Shown here piece after piece: positions 28,005 to 38,048 of a stretch of DNA of 64,000 nt. The stretch is from NCBI GenBank assembly GCA_036676985.1, contig JAKFBU010000039.1, positions 128,001 through 192,000 on the forward strand, given 5' to 3'. This DNA comes from Candidatus Sericytochromatia bacterium. Lineage in GTDB: Bacteria > Cyanobacteriota > Sericytochromatia > S15B-MN24 > UBA4093. The notes under the pieces are model-generated. The model saw only the letters and a program-made list of their open reading frames with translations, was not told where the DNA came from and did no database searches. The position numbers were made by a program, and so were the translations under genes. How positions within the stretch are numbered: position 1 is the first letter of the stretch; every line of letters begins with the position of its first letter.

Positions 28005-29261
28005 CTAGCGGCGCGCGGGGGGCTCGGCAGCGAACCAGACGTCTTCGGACAGCTGACGCTTGCCATGCTGGACGTAGTAGCTCACGATGAGCGTCTCACC
28101 GTCCGCGTTCTGCCGGAACTCGGGGCGCAGGCCGATCTCGGTGATCCCGAGCGACGGCAGCGACTTGAGCTCGCCCGCCTGGACGACGGCGTCCCGGTTG
28201 CCGTCCACCCATACCTTGAGGTCCTTGAGGTCCTTACCGACGAGCTTTTCACGCTGGGCGATCGCCGGGAGGCCCTTGAGCTTCACGGCCGCGGTCGAGA
28301 TGCCGCCCGTCAGGAGCGCCAGCTTCTGGAAGCCGTGGTCGTAGCCCACCACGTTGCCGAAGAGCTTGGTACCGTCGATCCGACCGCCGGCCATGGCCGC
28401 CTTGGTGACGGCATTGCCCTTGTCGTAGACGAGGAAGCCGTCGCCGTCGCCGTTGAGCCATTCGTAGCGTTCGGCCTTGCCGCTCGCGCGCAGGTCGAAC
28501 AGGACCGACCCCTCGCGGACAAAGGAGTTCTTCGCGTTGCGGACCGCCGCCGAGCTCTTGCCCGTCACGCCGATCTTCCCGTCATGGTTGAGATCCAGCA
28601 CGATGGGCGAGTAGGTGTCGATGCCCAACTCGAAGACTTCCTTCAGCTTCGCGAGGACGGCCGCCTTGGTGAGCGCGATGTTGTACGGCCGTTCGATGTA
28701 GAAGGCCATGAAGTCGCCGCTGAAGGTGCCCTGCGGCGGGATGGCCCCCGCCTCGAGCAGCTGGTAGATGCGCGCCAGGCGTCCGGCCTCGATGAGCGAG
28801 GAAGTCGTGTTGGGCGCACCGCTCTGACCGCTGACGGTGAACACCCCTTCGAGCTGCTTGGTCAGGGTGTTGTAGGTCGAGAGCCAGGTCTTCTTGTTGC
28901 CGTTGTCGCCGACCCAGCTCGGGTTGTTGAGGACCTGGTCGACCGCGTCCCGATAAAGGGTCTTGCCGCGGAAGTTGTAGTCCCCCTTGACGACGTTGGT
29001 GCCGCTGAGGCTGTTCCAGCTCAGCAGATCGCGCAGCTCGCGATCGAGGGCATTCGAGTACCGGTAGGTGTATTCCGTGTACTCGATCCAGGTCCCCTCG
29101 CGCCCGTCCTGGGTCCCGGGGGTCTTGGTGACGGGGCCGTTCATGACCCGCTCATCACCTGCCTTTTGTGCCAGAGCCGCCGATTGAAGGGTGAAAGTAC
29201 CAGCAAGAATACCAAGTGTTAGGAATACCAGCCCACGTTTGCTTCTCATAAGCGTGTGCAT
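28005..29261 (-). CDS. Secreted 'family A' protein with SPM-like domain (A4)
   Basis: Signal peptide (start 29261 or 29249); SPIVLDLNHDG..LKVWVDGNRDA..EDVWFA. Confidence 0.8.
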   Translation of the reverse strand: MHTLMRSKRGLVFLTLGILAGTFTLQSAALAQKAGDERVMNGPVTKTPGTQDGREGTWIEYTEYTYRYSNALDRELRDLLSWNSLSGTNVVKGDYNFRGKTLYRDAVDQVLNNPSWVGDNGNKKTWLSTYNTLTKQLEGVFTVSGQSGAPNTTSSLIEAGRLARIYQLLEAGAIPPQGTFSGDFMAFYIERPYNIALTKAAVLAKLKEVFELGIDTYSPIVLDLNHDGKIGVTGKSSAAVRNAKNSFVREGSVLFDLRASGKAERYEWLNGDGDGFLVYDKGNAVTKAAMAGGRIDGTKLFGNVVGYDHGFQKLALLTGGISTAAVKLKGLPAIAQREKLVGKDLKDLKVWVDGNRDAVVQAGELKSLPSLGITEIGLRPEFRQNADGETLIVSYYVQHGKRQLSEDVWFAAEPPARR

Positions 29262-29383
29262 CCTCCCTCCTGTCAGAAAACTGTTCCTTGGTTGCTAGAA
29301 GAGTTATACCCGCGACTCGGCTCCGACTCGGGAAAATGGGCGAAAATTTTCGGGATTTTCCTCTCCGATCGAGCGATCGGCGA

Positions 29384-31588
29384 TCAGTTGCCGCCCTGGA
29401 CCGCGGAGGCCGAGACCTTGAGCTTCAGCTCGGCCAGGAGGCGCAGGCGCAGCTCGTCCGTGCTGCGCAGGCTGACGGCCTGGCCGTTGGTTCCCGGCGA
29501 CGTGAGGCGGAGGCCCACGTACTTCGCGTCCTTGAAGAAGGCCATCTCGGTGGCCGTGAGCTCGATCTGGGACGTCTGGGTCGACGTCCCGTCACCCAGG
29601 GCAAGGGACTTGGTCACGGGCGCCGGATCCGAGAAGGGGTCGTCGGTCTGGGTGAAGAGCAGGTTGAGGACCAACGGCAGGTGCAGGCCGTTGTCGATCA
29701 AGGCGGTAATGACGAAGCGGCTCACCAGCCCCTGGGCGAGGCGCTCCTTGGTGGAGGCGTCCAGGTTGAGGGGCGAGGCCGGCTTGAGGTCGTAGGGCTT
29801 GACGGCCTGGTCCAGTCCCATGGCAGGGAAGATGACGCTCAGGGGGACCGAGACCGCCACCTGGCCCGACAGCTCGTCGTACCGCGTCAACGTCACGAGC
29901 GACGTGCCCGAGTTGATGGTCACGTTGCCGCCGAACTGCAGCTCCTTGGCTCCGGCGTTGAGGATCGAGATCAGGTTGGAGTTCGTCTCGTTGATGTCGA
30001 TGATCGACGTCCGGACGTCGCCGATCGCCGCGGCGGGCTCCATCACGGCGTTGCCCGTGTAGGTCAGCGGCATGGTCGAATCGTCGGCGAGCACGGCGCG
30101 GGCATCGAGGGCGAGCACTCCCGGCAGCTGGCTCTTGTTGTTGATCTTCAGCTGGATGCTCACCCGCGCGAAGCCGATGCCCAGGTCCTTGAATTCCTTG
30201 GGAAGGCTGATGGGGGTCGAAGAGCTGCTGATGGGCACCGTCCGGTTGAGGGTGGCGGACAGGCTCTCGAAGGCGAGGGCCTGCACCGTCGCGCTGCCGG
30301 AGAGGGATTGCCCCGCCTGGTAGACGGCCATGCCGCCCGCCAGGACGAGGTTGGCCGGGATCTCGGGGGACACGGCCTCGGTATCGTAGGACTGGCCCGA
30401 TATGGTGACGCCGACGTGTGTCCCGACGATGGTGGCACCCGCCAGATCCAGGTCGACCTCCTTGACGGCGGGAGTCAGGCCGCCCGCCGGGATGACGATC
30501 GACCGGATGTAGGGATCGCCGTCCGCCTCCTTGATCCCGCTGAGCGTGACGGTCATGGCGGCGTTGACGCCGAAGCCGTTCTCCAGGTGCAGGCGGATGG
30601 ACCCGCTCGCGATCTGGATGTTGGAGATCGAGCCGATGCCGAGATCGGATGGCATGGGGAGGTCGAGGCCATCGGACACGGTCGGGAAGGCCTTGGCCGG
30701 CAGCGAAATGGCCTTGATCTTGATGTCCAGGTCGAGATCGATGGAGATCTGCTGGGAGCCGTCCAGGGACTTGACGTTGAACCCCACGGGCAGCTGTCCC
30801 TTGGTCTTGAACGAGATGGTCAAGGAGCCCGCGATGACGACGTCCGGATCGAGGTCGATGGCGACGGTGCCCGACGTGAGCGGGATCGCGGGGTGCGCGT
30901 CGAGCCACGTCTGGTTGAGGACCGTTCCACCGCTCTTGACGACGAGGTTCTCGATCTCCATGCCCAGGGAGGCCTGATCGGCCGTACCGGCCCCCGCGAC
31001 CTGGTTGACGATGTCCAGCGTGATCTGAGAGCCCGCGTCCAACTTGGCCTTGCGCAGGTCCGAGAGGCTCGTCGTCTTGCTCTGGGTCTGAGAGGGGAAG
31101 GGAACGCTCGCCGGCATGAGGATGGGAGTGATGGGGCTGTCGATTGCGTCCTGCACCGTCCCGAAGGGAGGGACCGACAGGCTCGTGATCCCCAGGTCGT
31201 CTAGCGACAACCTGGGACCCGAGAGCGACTGCGCCAGAGGCGGATCCGGCAGCGTCTGGGCCGGAAAGGTGATGGGATCCTGGGCATCGACCTTGAGGTT
31301 GTCGCCCACCTTGATGGTCGGGATCTCCTGGGCATCGGGCTCGAGCGCATAGGTCTGGTCGGCTCCGACGACAATCGGGACCGAGCCGCCCGACTCGAGG
31401 AGCTTCGAGACGGGCAGGGAAGCCTCGCCGAGTCCCGCCTTGAGATCCACCGGCCACGACGGCAGGGCGTTCACCGGGTTGCCCGAGGCCAGTCGGCTGG
31501 CCGTCTGGAACAGCTCGAAGCCGCAGCCCGTCAGGAGGAGGCTCGCGGCCACCAGCAGGGTGAAGAGTCGGATGAGGGGTCGCCGCAC
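29384..31588 (-). CDS. Large beta-rich lipoprotein of unknown function
   Basis: MRR + hydrophobic + LTGC lipobox; 734 aa with alternating beta-strand pattern. Confidence 0.75.
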   Translation of the reverse strand: MRRPLIRLFTLLVAASLLLTGCGFELFQTASRLASGNPVNALPSWPVDLKAGLGEASLPVSKLLESGGSVPIVVGADQTYALEPDAQEIPTIKVGDNLKVDAQDPITFPAQTLPDPPLAQSLSGPRLSLDDLGITSLSVPPFGTVQDAIDSPITPILMPASVPFPSQTQSKTTSLSDLRKAKLDAGSQITLDIVNQVAGAGTADQASLGMEIENLVVKSGGTVLNQTWLDAHPAIPLTSGTVAIDLDPDVVIAGSLTISFKTKGQLPVGFNVKSLDGSQQISIDLDLDIKIKAISLPAKAFPTVSDGLDLPMPSDLGIGSISNIQIASGSIRLHLENGFGVNAAMTVTLSGIKEADGDPYIRSIVIPAGGLTPAVKEVDLDLAGATIVGTHVGVTISGQSYDTEAVSPEIPANLVLAGGMAVYQAGQSLSGSATVQALAFESLSATLNRTVPISSSSTPISLPKEFKDLGIGFARVSIQLKINNKSQLPGVLALDARAVLADDSTMPLTYTGNAVMEPAAAIGDVRTSIIDINETNSNLISILNAGAKELQFGGNVTINSGTSLVTLTRYDELSGQVAVSVPLSVIFPAMGLDQAVKPYDLKPASPLNLDASTKERLAQGLVSRFVITALIDNGLHLPLVLNLLFTQTDDPFSDPAPVTKSLALGDGTSTQTSQIELTATEMAFFKDAKYVGLRLTSPGTNGQAVSLRSTDELRLRLLAELKLKVSASAVQGGN

Positions 31589-31678
31589 GATGTCCTCGCT
31601 CGGTTTCGAAACGATTGCCAGTTCCTGACATCTCGATTATTCCCGGCGCCGGGCCGCTTCATCCGTGCCCACGGATAC

Positions 31679-31709
31679 AAAAAGCCCCCCGGGCGCCGGC
31701 CCGGGGGGC
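31679..31709 (-). terminator. Intrinsic terminator of the middle A-B operon
   Basis: gccccccgggc-gccg-gcccggggggc preceded by an A run (T run on minus strand). Confidence 0.75.
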
Positions 31710-31726
31710 GATGGATCGTGTCGTGC

Positions 31727-33124
31727 CTACTGCTTGACGAACGTGCTGCTGACCGTGCTCCTCAGGAACTTGGTCGTGATCACGATCTTCTTGCGGTCCG
31801 CGCTGACCTGACCCGTCGACGTGATGCCGAGCTTGTTGGTCACGGACCAGCTGGGAGAGTACTTGACGGTCCAGTCGTGGTCGAAGGAGCCGAACTGGGA
31901 CTTGAGCACCATGTGCACCTTGATGTTGTCCGAGCTTCCGGCCCGCTGAATGGTGAAGTAGCTCTCGCTCCCGCCCGCCAGACGCCAGGTGCCGACCACG
32001 GCGTCGATCGGGTCCGCGGCCGCCGTGTTCGCAGCCGCCGCCGTGTTCGCAGCCGCCGCCGTGTTCGCAGCCGCCGCCGTGTTCGCAGCCGCCGCCGTGT
32101 TCGCAGCCGCCGCCTGAGCGGCCGAGTTGCCTCCGACGCTGTTGCCTCCGATGGCGGGGGCCGGCGTGGGCTCTTTATCCTTGTCCTTGCCCACATTCGG
32201 ATCCGTGATGGATCCGCCGGCCTTGTCGTCGGCCTTCTTGGCGGTCGAAGCGACCGCGTTGTCAGCCTTGAAGGCCACGCGCTTCTGGGAGCCCGACAGG
32301 GCGGTCTTGCTGTTGCCCGAGCCGGTATCCGAGAGGAACGTCGAGTTCTTGGTCCCCTGCGCCTTGTCCGACTCGGCGACCTTGCCCGCGAGCAGGTCGA
32401 CCACGTACTGCTGGTAGGTGGTCTGAGTCGTGTCGTCGACGCCGGTCGAGACGAGCTTGTCCAGGGCGGGGACGATGTCGCCCCGCACCCAGGCAGTCGC
32501 CTTCTCCTCGCGCTTGGTGTAGGAGTGGGTGTCCACCACCTCCTGCCCCAAGGCCGTCTTGACGAGCTTGTTGACGCGGTAGGTGTTGTCGTAGGTGTCC
32601 ACCGTCCGCGTCTCGTAGCCGAAGCGATCGACGATCCGGTACGGCGTGTGGACGTTTCGGTAGATCGGCACGTCGTAGCGGCGGATGGTCGCGGTCTGCG
32701 ACGTAAGGCGCCACTTCTTAGTGTCGGTCTCGCGGACCTCGGGGTCGTAGCTGGGCTCGCCCGAGAGCTTCTGACGGCCGCCCGAGTAGGTCTGCTGCTC
32801 GCTGCGGCTGCTCACGAACGTGCTCGAGATCAGCTGGTCGCTGCTCGACTCGGGACCGTCCGGGATGAAGTCCTTGACGTTGTCCGTGCTGACCAGCAGC
32901 CATTCCCCGCTCGCAGGGTTCTGACTGCTGATCGTGGCAGCGGTGGCGGCATCGGCCGCGTCCGCCCCCGCGGGGGGCGTGCTGCCGGGCAGGAAGTAGC
33001 GCACCGTGTCGCTGCCAATCAGCGTCCAACCGGCCGGTGCGTCTCCTTGCGCCGCATAGGCGTTGGTCCCCATACTGGCGACCAAGGCAGCGACGAGTAG
33101 CGCTGCGGTTCTCAACCGTTTCAT
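31727..33124 (-). CDS. Secreted 'family B' protein (B2) with (AAAANT)5 linker
   Basis: AAGGAGG RBS, MKRLRTAALL signal; core near-identical to 34949-36478; tip similar to 25253-26488. Confidence 0.8.
   Translation of the reverse strand: MKRLRTAALLVAALVASMGTNAYAAQGDAPAGWTLIGSDTVRYFLPGSTPPAGADAADAATAATISSQNPASGEWLLVSTDNVKDFIPDGPESSSDQLISSTFVSSRSEQQTYSGGRQKLSGEPSYDPEVRETDTKKWRLTSQTATIRRYDVPIYRNVHTPYRIVDRFGYETRTVDTYDNTYRVNKLVKTALGQEVVDTHSYTKREEKATAWVRGDIVPALDKLVSTGVDDTTQTTYQQYVVDLLAGKVAESDKAQGTKNSTFLSDTGSGNSKTALSGSQKRVAFKADNAVASTAKKADDKAGGSITDPNVGKDKDKEPTPAPAIGGNSVGGNSAAQAAAANTAAAANTAAAANTAAAANTAAAANTAAADPIDAVVGTWRLAGGSESYFTIQRAGSSDNIKVHMVLKSQFGSFDHDWTVKYSPSWSVTNKLGITSTGQVSADRKKIVITTKFLRSTVSSTFVKQ
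32019..32114. repeat. Coding 18-bp tandem repeat x5 (AAAANT)
   Basis: gccgccgtgttcgcagcc repeated five times plus a partial copy. Confidence 0.95.
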
Positions 33125-33147
33125 GGGATCCTCCTTCGTCCGCGTTG

Positions 33148-34731
33148 CTACTTGGCCTGGGTTTCGGGGTTCTCGGCGAACCACACGTCCTCGGTCATGT
33201 GGCGCTTCCCGTTCTGGACGAAGTAGGACTGGATCACGTACTCGCCATGCTGGTTCTTGAGAATGCTCGGCTTGGATCCGAGCTCGGTGATGCCGAGGGA
33301 TGCCAGGGTGTAGAGCTCCTTGGGCTGGACCGTCGCGTCACGGTTGCTGTCGACCCAGACCTTGAGCGAGTCGAGCGTCTTGCCCTTGAGCGCCGCGTTC
33401 TTGTTGTAGAGCTTCGACCACGTGACGTTGTCGTTCATCTTCAGGACCGACGCCAGGTTGATCTGGGTAGCCTTGTAGGCGAGCTTGTGGTAGCCGTTGG
33501 CATAGCCGATGGCGTCACCGAAGAGCGCGTGGGCGCTGATCATGCCGTCGCCAGCCGCGGCCTTGGAGACCCGGCCGTTGGTGTCGTCCACCAGGAAGCC
33601 GTCGCCGTCGGCATTGAGCCACTCGATGTTGCGCTTCTTGCCCTCGGCCGTGATGTCGAACCACACGGCGCCGTTGGCGACGAACTTGTTCTCCTTGAGG
33701 CGCTTCTGGGCGGTCGAGGTGCCGGTCACGCCGATCTTGCCGTCGTGGTTGAGGTCCAGGGCGACGGGCGAGTGGGTGGTCCAGCTCGAGGCGACCATCC
33801 AGCGTGAGATCTCACGCAGGCGAGCCGCCGTCGGCTGGGACTCGATGACGTGCACCGGACCGTTGACGGTGTCGACCCAGGTGTCGATCTTGAGACCCAC
33901 CGGGTTGATGCCCTTGTCGACGAGGTCCGCAAGCATGGTGTACCGGCCGGCCTGAGCCAGCGAGTCCACGATGCCCACGCCCGCCAGCTTCTTGAAGGCC
34001 GTTGGGTTGTTCAGCAGGAGGTTCTGGACCGAGCCGTTGGCGTACTGGGAATAGGTCGCCGCGTCGTACTCGGCGCTGTTGATGTAGTTGACGCCGTGCG
34101 AGTAGGACAGCGAGTGGGCGCCGTCGGACATGGTGTAGATGTACTCACCGCCGTTGTAGCTGGTGGCCATGTTGCCGCCGATGTTGTTCTGGAAGGCCTT
34201 GACGATGCCGCCGTTGAGCGCGGTGGGACCGATCAGGTCGACCAGCTGCTGGGTGTTGTCCGCCGCCATGAGCTTGCCGGCGAGTGCGACGTCGGCCGCG
34301 GAGGCCTTGGTGGCCGTCAGCGAGCCGGACGTGAGGTCGGCCTTGATGCGAGCCAGCGTGGTGTTGAAGTTGAAGTCGTGGTAGGCCGCGCCGTCGTAGT
34401 TGGCGCTGGTGGCCCGGGGGATGCCGTAGCGGCTGTAGACCGCAGCCAGCTCCGACTCGTTGAGCGCGCGGTTGAGGCCCAGGATCTGGGCGAAGGCCTC
34501 CTGGATGGTGGCATCGTAGCGACCGATCGGGTTGGCGATGAACATCTGGTTGCGCACGAAGCGCTTGCGGGCGAACTCCACCCAGTAACCCGGCTTGCCG
34601 TTGTTGGTGCCGCGGGTGTAGGTCTTATCCGACTCGATGACCATCTCTTCGGCCTGGGCGGGGGTGAGGATACCAGCGGTGGAAGCGATTACCAGCGACA
34701 GGGCGAGGAAGGCGATTTTCCTGTTTAGCAT
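33148..34731 (-). CDS. Secreted 'family A' protein with SPM-like domain (A3)
   Basis: MLNRKIAF signal, AGGAG RBS; SPVALDLNHDG..EDVWFAENPETQAK. Confidence 0.8.
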   Translation of the reverse strand: MLNRKIAFLALSLVIASTAGILTPAQAEEMVIESDKTYTRGTNNGKPGYWVEFARKRFVRNQMFIANPIGRYDATIQEAFAQILGLNRALNESELAAVYSRYGIPRATSANYDGAAYHDFNFNTTLARIKADLTSGSLTATKASAADVALAGKLMAADNTQQLVDLIGPTALNGGIVKAFQNNIGGNMATSYNGGEYIYTMSDGAHSLSYSHGVNYINSAEYDAATYSQYANGSVQNLLLNNPTAFKKLAGVGIVDSLAQAGRYTMLADLVDKGINPVGLKIDTWVDTVNGPVHVIESQPTAARLREISRWMVASSWTTHSPVALDLNHDGKIGVTGTSTAQKRLKENKFVANGAVWFDITAEGKKRNIEWLNADGDGFLVDDTNGRVSKAAAGDGMISAHALFGDAIGYANGYHKLAYKATQINLASVLKMNDNVTWSKLYNKNAALKGKTLDSLKVWVDSNRDATVQPKELYTLASLGITELGSKPSILKNQHGEYVIQSYFVQNGKRHMTEDVWFAENPETQAK

Positions 34732-34778
34732 AGCGACTCCTCTCAAAGCCATAAGCGTGTTGGCAGTAGTTATTCCTC

Positions 34779-34835
34779 TTATACGCCGCGATCCGGCTCA
34801 CCTTCGTTAAATCGATGAAAGGCGTGTTATTTTTT
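34779..34835 (-). promoter_or_regulatory. Conserved promoter block, copy 1 (upstream of A3-B2)
   Basis: 52/57 identical to 39655-39711; minus strand has an A tract upstream and ends in CGTATAA. Confidence 0.65.
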
Positions 34836-34894
34836 GATTTGCTCCCCGCGAATTTCTTGATCCCGGCCCTGCGGCCGCGGAGGCCGAAAACGAT

Positions 34895-34924
34895 CAGCCC
34901 CGCGGCCCTGTGGCCGCGGGGCTG
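34895..34924 (-). terminator. Hairpin after B1
   Basis: cagccccgcggcc-ctgt-ggccgcggggctg. Confidence 0.65.
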
Positions 34925-34948
34925 GGGTTGGCGCCGGATCGATCCCGC

Positions 34949-36478
34949 CTAGCGGGCGATCCAGTTGTTGATCGAGACGGAGGCCTTCCCCTTGGCGATC
35001 GAGCCGTTGAGCAGCCACTGGCCGTTGGCATAGGACAGCTTCAGAGTGCACTCGTTGTCGCCGCTGCTATCCACGTACGACGCCTTGTCCGTCGAGAGCT
35101 TACCCTCATACCAACCCGACGACGTGATCTTCTTGGGCACGTTCACCGTGATGGTGAGTTTCTTGCCGTTGTTCACCGAGAAGTCCAGGTACTCGGCGGC
35201 ATTGGCAGGGTTGTAGAACTTGCGGTCCCAATCCGTGGCCTTGACGTTGACCTTGGCCGCAGCGAGGGTCGCTGCGACGGCCTTCTTGGATTCCTCGGCA
35301 GCCTTCTTGGCAGCCTCCTCGGCAGCCTTGGCAGCTTCCTCGGCGGCCTTCTTGGCGGCCGCGTCCGCAGCCTTGGCAGCCTCTTCGGCAGCCCTCGCCG
35401 CGACCTTGGCGGCCTCGTCAGCAGCCTTCTTGGCGGCGTCCTCGGCCTTCTTGGCTGCCTCGGCCTTCCGGGTGGCTTCCTCCTTGCCCACGGTCGGATC
35501 CTTGATGGAACCCTTGTCCTCGGCCTTCTTGGCGACCGAGGCGACCGCCTGGTCGGCCTTGAAGGTCACGCGCTTCTGGGAGCCCGACAGGGCGGTCTTG
35601 CTGTTGCCCGAGCCGCTGTCAGACATGAAGGTCGAGGCCTTGGTGCTCTGGGCCTTGTCCGACTCGGCGACCTTGCCGGCGAGCAGGTCGACCACGTACT
35701 GCTGGTAGGTGGTCTGCGTCGTGTCGTCGACGCCGGTCGAGACGAGCTTGTCCAGAGAGGGGACGATGTCGCCCCGCACCCAGGCCGTCGGCTTGTCCTC
35801 GCGCTTGGAGTAGGTGTGGGTGTCCACCACCTCCTGGCCCAGGGCCGTCTTGACGGTCTTGCTGGCCCGGTAGGTGTTGTCGTAGGTGTCCACCCGGCGC
35901 GTCTCGTAGCCGAAGCGATCGACGATCCGGTACGGCGTGTGGACGTTCCGGTAGAGGGGCACGTCGTAGCGACGGACGGTCGCGGTCTGCGAGGTCAGGC
36001 GCCACTTCTTGGTGTCCGTCTCGCGGACCTCGGGGTCGTAGCTGGGCTCGCCCGAGAGCTTCTGACGGCCGCCCGAGTAGGTCTGCTGCTCGTTGCGGCT
36101 GCTCACGAACGTGCTCGCGACCAGCTGGTCGCTGCCCGACTCGGGACCGTCCGGGATGAAGTCCTTGACGTTCTCCGTGCCCGCCAGGAGCCATTCGTTG
36201 CTCGCCGGGTCCTGGCTCGTGATGCTCGGGGCCCGCGCGGCATCCGCCAGGTCGGCACCCGCCGGGGGCGTGCTGCCGGGCACGAAGTAGCGAACGGTGT
36301 CGCTGCCCACCAGGGTCCACCCGGCCCCCGGGTTGGCGGGATCCGCGACGAAGTACTTGCGGGGGTTGGTCTCCACCAGCTCCCAGTTGGCGCCGGGGCT
36401 CTGGGCCAGGGCCGGCGACACGAGGATCGAGACGCTCAGTAGCGATGCGGCGAGGCCGCAAAGAAGCTTGCTTTTCAT
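34949..36478 (-). CDS. Secreted 'family B' protein (B1) with EAAK-type helical stalk
   Basis: PALA-Q signal; three W.lV..F.P repeats; STFMSDSGSGNSKTALSGS; about 60-aa E/A/K stalk; unique tip. Confidence 0.8.
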   Translation of the reverse strand: MKSKLLCGLAASLLSVSILVSPALAQSPGANWELVETNPRKYFVADPANPGAGWTLVGSDTVRYFVPGSTPPAGADLADAARAPSITSQDPASNEWLLAGTENVKDFIPDGPESGSDQLVASTFVSSRNEQQTYSGGRQKLSGEPSYDPEVRETDTKKWRLTSQTATVRRYDVPLYRNVHTPYRIVDRFGYETRRVDTYDNTYRASKTVKTALGQEVVDTHTYSKREDKPTAWVRGDIVPSLDKLVSTGVDDTTQTTYQQYVVDLLAGKVAESDKAQSTKASTFMSDSGSGNSKTALSGSQKRVTFKADQAVASVAKKAEDKGSIKDPTVGKEEATRKAEAAKKAEDAAKKAADEAAKVAARAAEEAAKAADAAAKKAAEEAAKAAEEAAKKAAEESKKAVAATLAAAKVNVKATDWDRKFYNPANAAEYLDFSVNNGKKLTITVNVPKKITSSGWYEGKLSTDKASYVDSSGDNECTLKLSYANGQWLLNGSIAKGKASVSINNWIAR

Positions 36479-36487
36479 GTTGGCCTC

Positions 36488-37957
36488 CTACATCTTCTCT
36501 GCCGGGTCGATGGCGAACCACACGTCCTCAGCCAGCTTGCGCTTGCCGTTCTCGACGTAGGTGGACTGGATGAGCACCTCGCCCACCGCGTTGTTCACCT
36601 TCTTCGGGAAGACCTCGACCTCGGTGATGCCGAGGCTCTCGAGCGTGCGCAGCTCGCCGGGCTGGACCTTGGCATCCCGGTTGCCGTCCACCCAGGCCTT
36701 GAGGCCGGTGAGGGCCTGACCCCGGAGGGCCGTCATGTACTTGAAGTCCTTGCTGTCGGCCGACGCGAGGCGGTTGTACTCCGTCAGGATCAAGGCGAGC
36801 TTGATGTAGCCGTTGTCGAAGCCGCCGGCGGTCCCGAACAGCTGCTTGCCGCTGATGACGCCGTCCGAGTTGGCGGCCTTGGTGACCTCGCCCTTGCGAT
36901 CGTCCACCAGGAGGGCGTCATTCTCGCCGTTCATCCATTCGACGCGGATGGGCTTGTCGATGCCCAAGAGGTCGAACTTGACCGAGCCGGCGGTCGTGAA
37001 GCCGTGGTCGGCGTGGCGCACTTGGGCCGTGGAGCGGCCGGTGACGCCGATGCGGCTGTTGCCCGACAGGTCGAGGGCGATGGGCGAGCCCGTCTCGGCG
37101 GCGGACTTGTAGATGAGGCGCGCGGCCTCCTTGAGCTCGGCGGCAGTGGCCGTCCGGACGTCGATCTCGAGGCCGTAGCCCCAGTACTCGGCGTACCAGC
37201 GGTAGACGTCCGCCTCGGTGGTCCCCAGGCTGTAGATGTGGCTCCAGCTACCGTTGTGGTGGTTCTCGCCGTAGGCGTTGGTGGCGTTGAGCGGGTGGTA
37301 GTAAGGCGTCGTGTTGTCGAAGCCGTTGCCCGCGTAGTGGGTGAAGATGCCCTTGATGTCGAACTTGCCGCTCGGCAGGACGCCGCTCTCGACGAGCTCG
37401 GCCAGCCGCAGGAGGCGGGTGCTCTGGCCGATGATGGACATGCCGTCGCCGCCGCCGAACCAGTAGGAGCTGCCGGCCATGCTGGCCTTGGTCGCGTTGG
37501 CCGCCAGGCCGTCGATCCAGCCGCCCGAGTTGCCGAACGCCGCCCGCAGCTTGGCCAGGTTGAAGTCGCGCGAGTGCCACTCGGCGACCGGGTTGGTGTT
37601 GTAGGCGATGAGGCCCTTGGCCTCGGTGAGCTGAGCCTTGAGCTGAGCGATCGTCAGCGTTCCGTTGTCCAGTTTGGCGCGAATACCAGCGAGATCGTTG
37701 GCCGTGAAGTCGACGCCCAGGATTTCCTTGTAGGCGTCGAGGGCCTTTTGCACCGGCGGTGCGTAGCGATAGACGTACTCCGTGTACTCGACCCAGGTGC
37801 CGGGGACGCCGCCGTTGGTGCCGGGGGTCCGCTTCTCCTGACCGAGCACGCTCTTGCGTTCTCCGAGCTGCTGGGCCATCGAGGCGACGGGCGCCAGGAC
37901 CACAGCGGCGGTAATGCCCAGCGTCACGGCCCGGGCCAGCCAGTTCATCTTGTTCAT
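36488..37957 (-). CDS. Secreted 'family A' protein with SPM-like domain (A2)
   Basis: AAGGAG RBS; signal; SPIALDLSGNS..LKAWVDGNRDA..EDVWFA. Confidence 0.8.
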   Translation of the reverse strand: MNKMNWLARAVTLGITAAVVLAPVASMAQQLGERKSVLGQEKRTPGTNGGVPGTWVEYTEYVYRYAPPVQKALDAYKEILGVDFTANDLAGIRAKLDNGTLTIAQLKAQLTEAKGLIAYNTNPVAEWHSRDFNLAKLRAAFGNSGGWIDGLAANATKASMAGSSYWFGGGDGMSIIGQSTRLLRLAELVESGVLPSGKFDIKGIFTHYAGNGFDNTTPYYHPLNATNAYGENHHNGSWSHIYSLGTTEADVYRWYAEYWGYGLEIDVRTATAAELKEAARLIYKSAAETGSPIALDLSGNSRIGVTGRSTAQVRHADHGFTTAGSVKFDLLGIDKPIRVEWMNGENDALLVDDRKGEVTKAANSDGVISGKQLFGTAGGFDNGYIKLALILTEYNRLASADSKDFKYMTALRGQALTGLKAWVDGNRDAKVQPGELRTLESLGITEVEVFPKKVNNAVGEVLIQSTYVENGKRKLAEDVWFAIDPAEKM

Positions 37958-38048
37958 GACCACTCCTTCTTCAAGCAGGTTGGCTGCTGCTCATCCGGGT
38001 AGCGGTGCCGGGGCGGCGCGCTCGCCGCCCAGACACCAACCGTTGCCG

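Noticed and set aside
32005-32016. Asp-Pro just before the B2 tip as a trans-cleavage site for the SPM-like domains
   Set aside because: Not present at the equivalent position in B1 or B3; likely coincidence
32019-32114. Possible CRISPR array
   Set aside because: Contiguous 18-bp repeats with no spacers, in frame as an AAAANT linker; no cas genes
34779-34835. Riboswitch in the duplicated upstream block
   Set aside because: No recognisable aptamer consensus; A tract plus TATAA layout fits a promoter better
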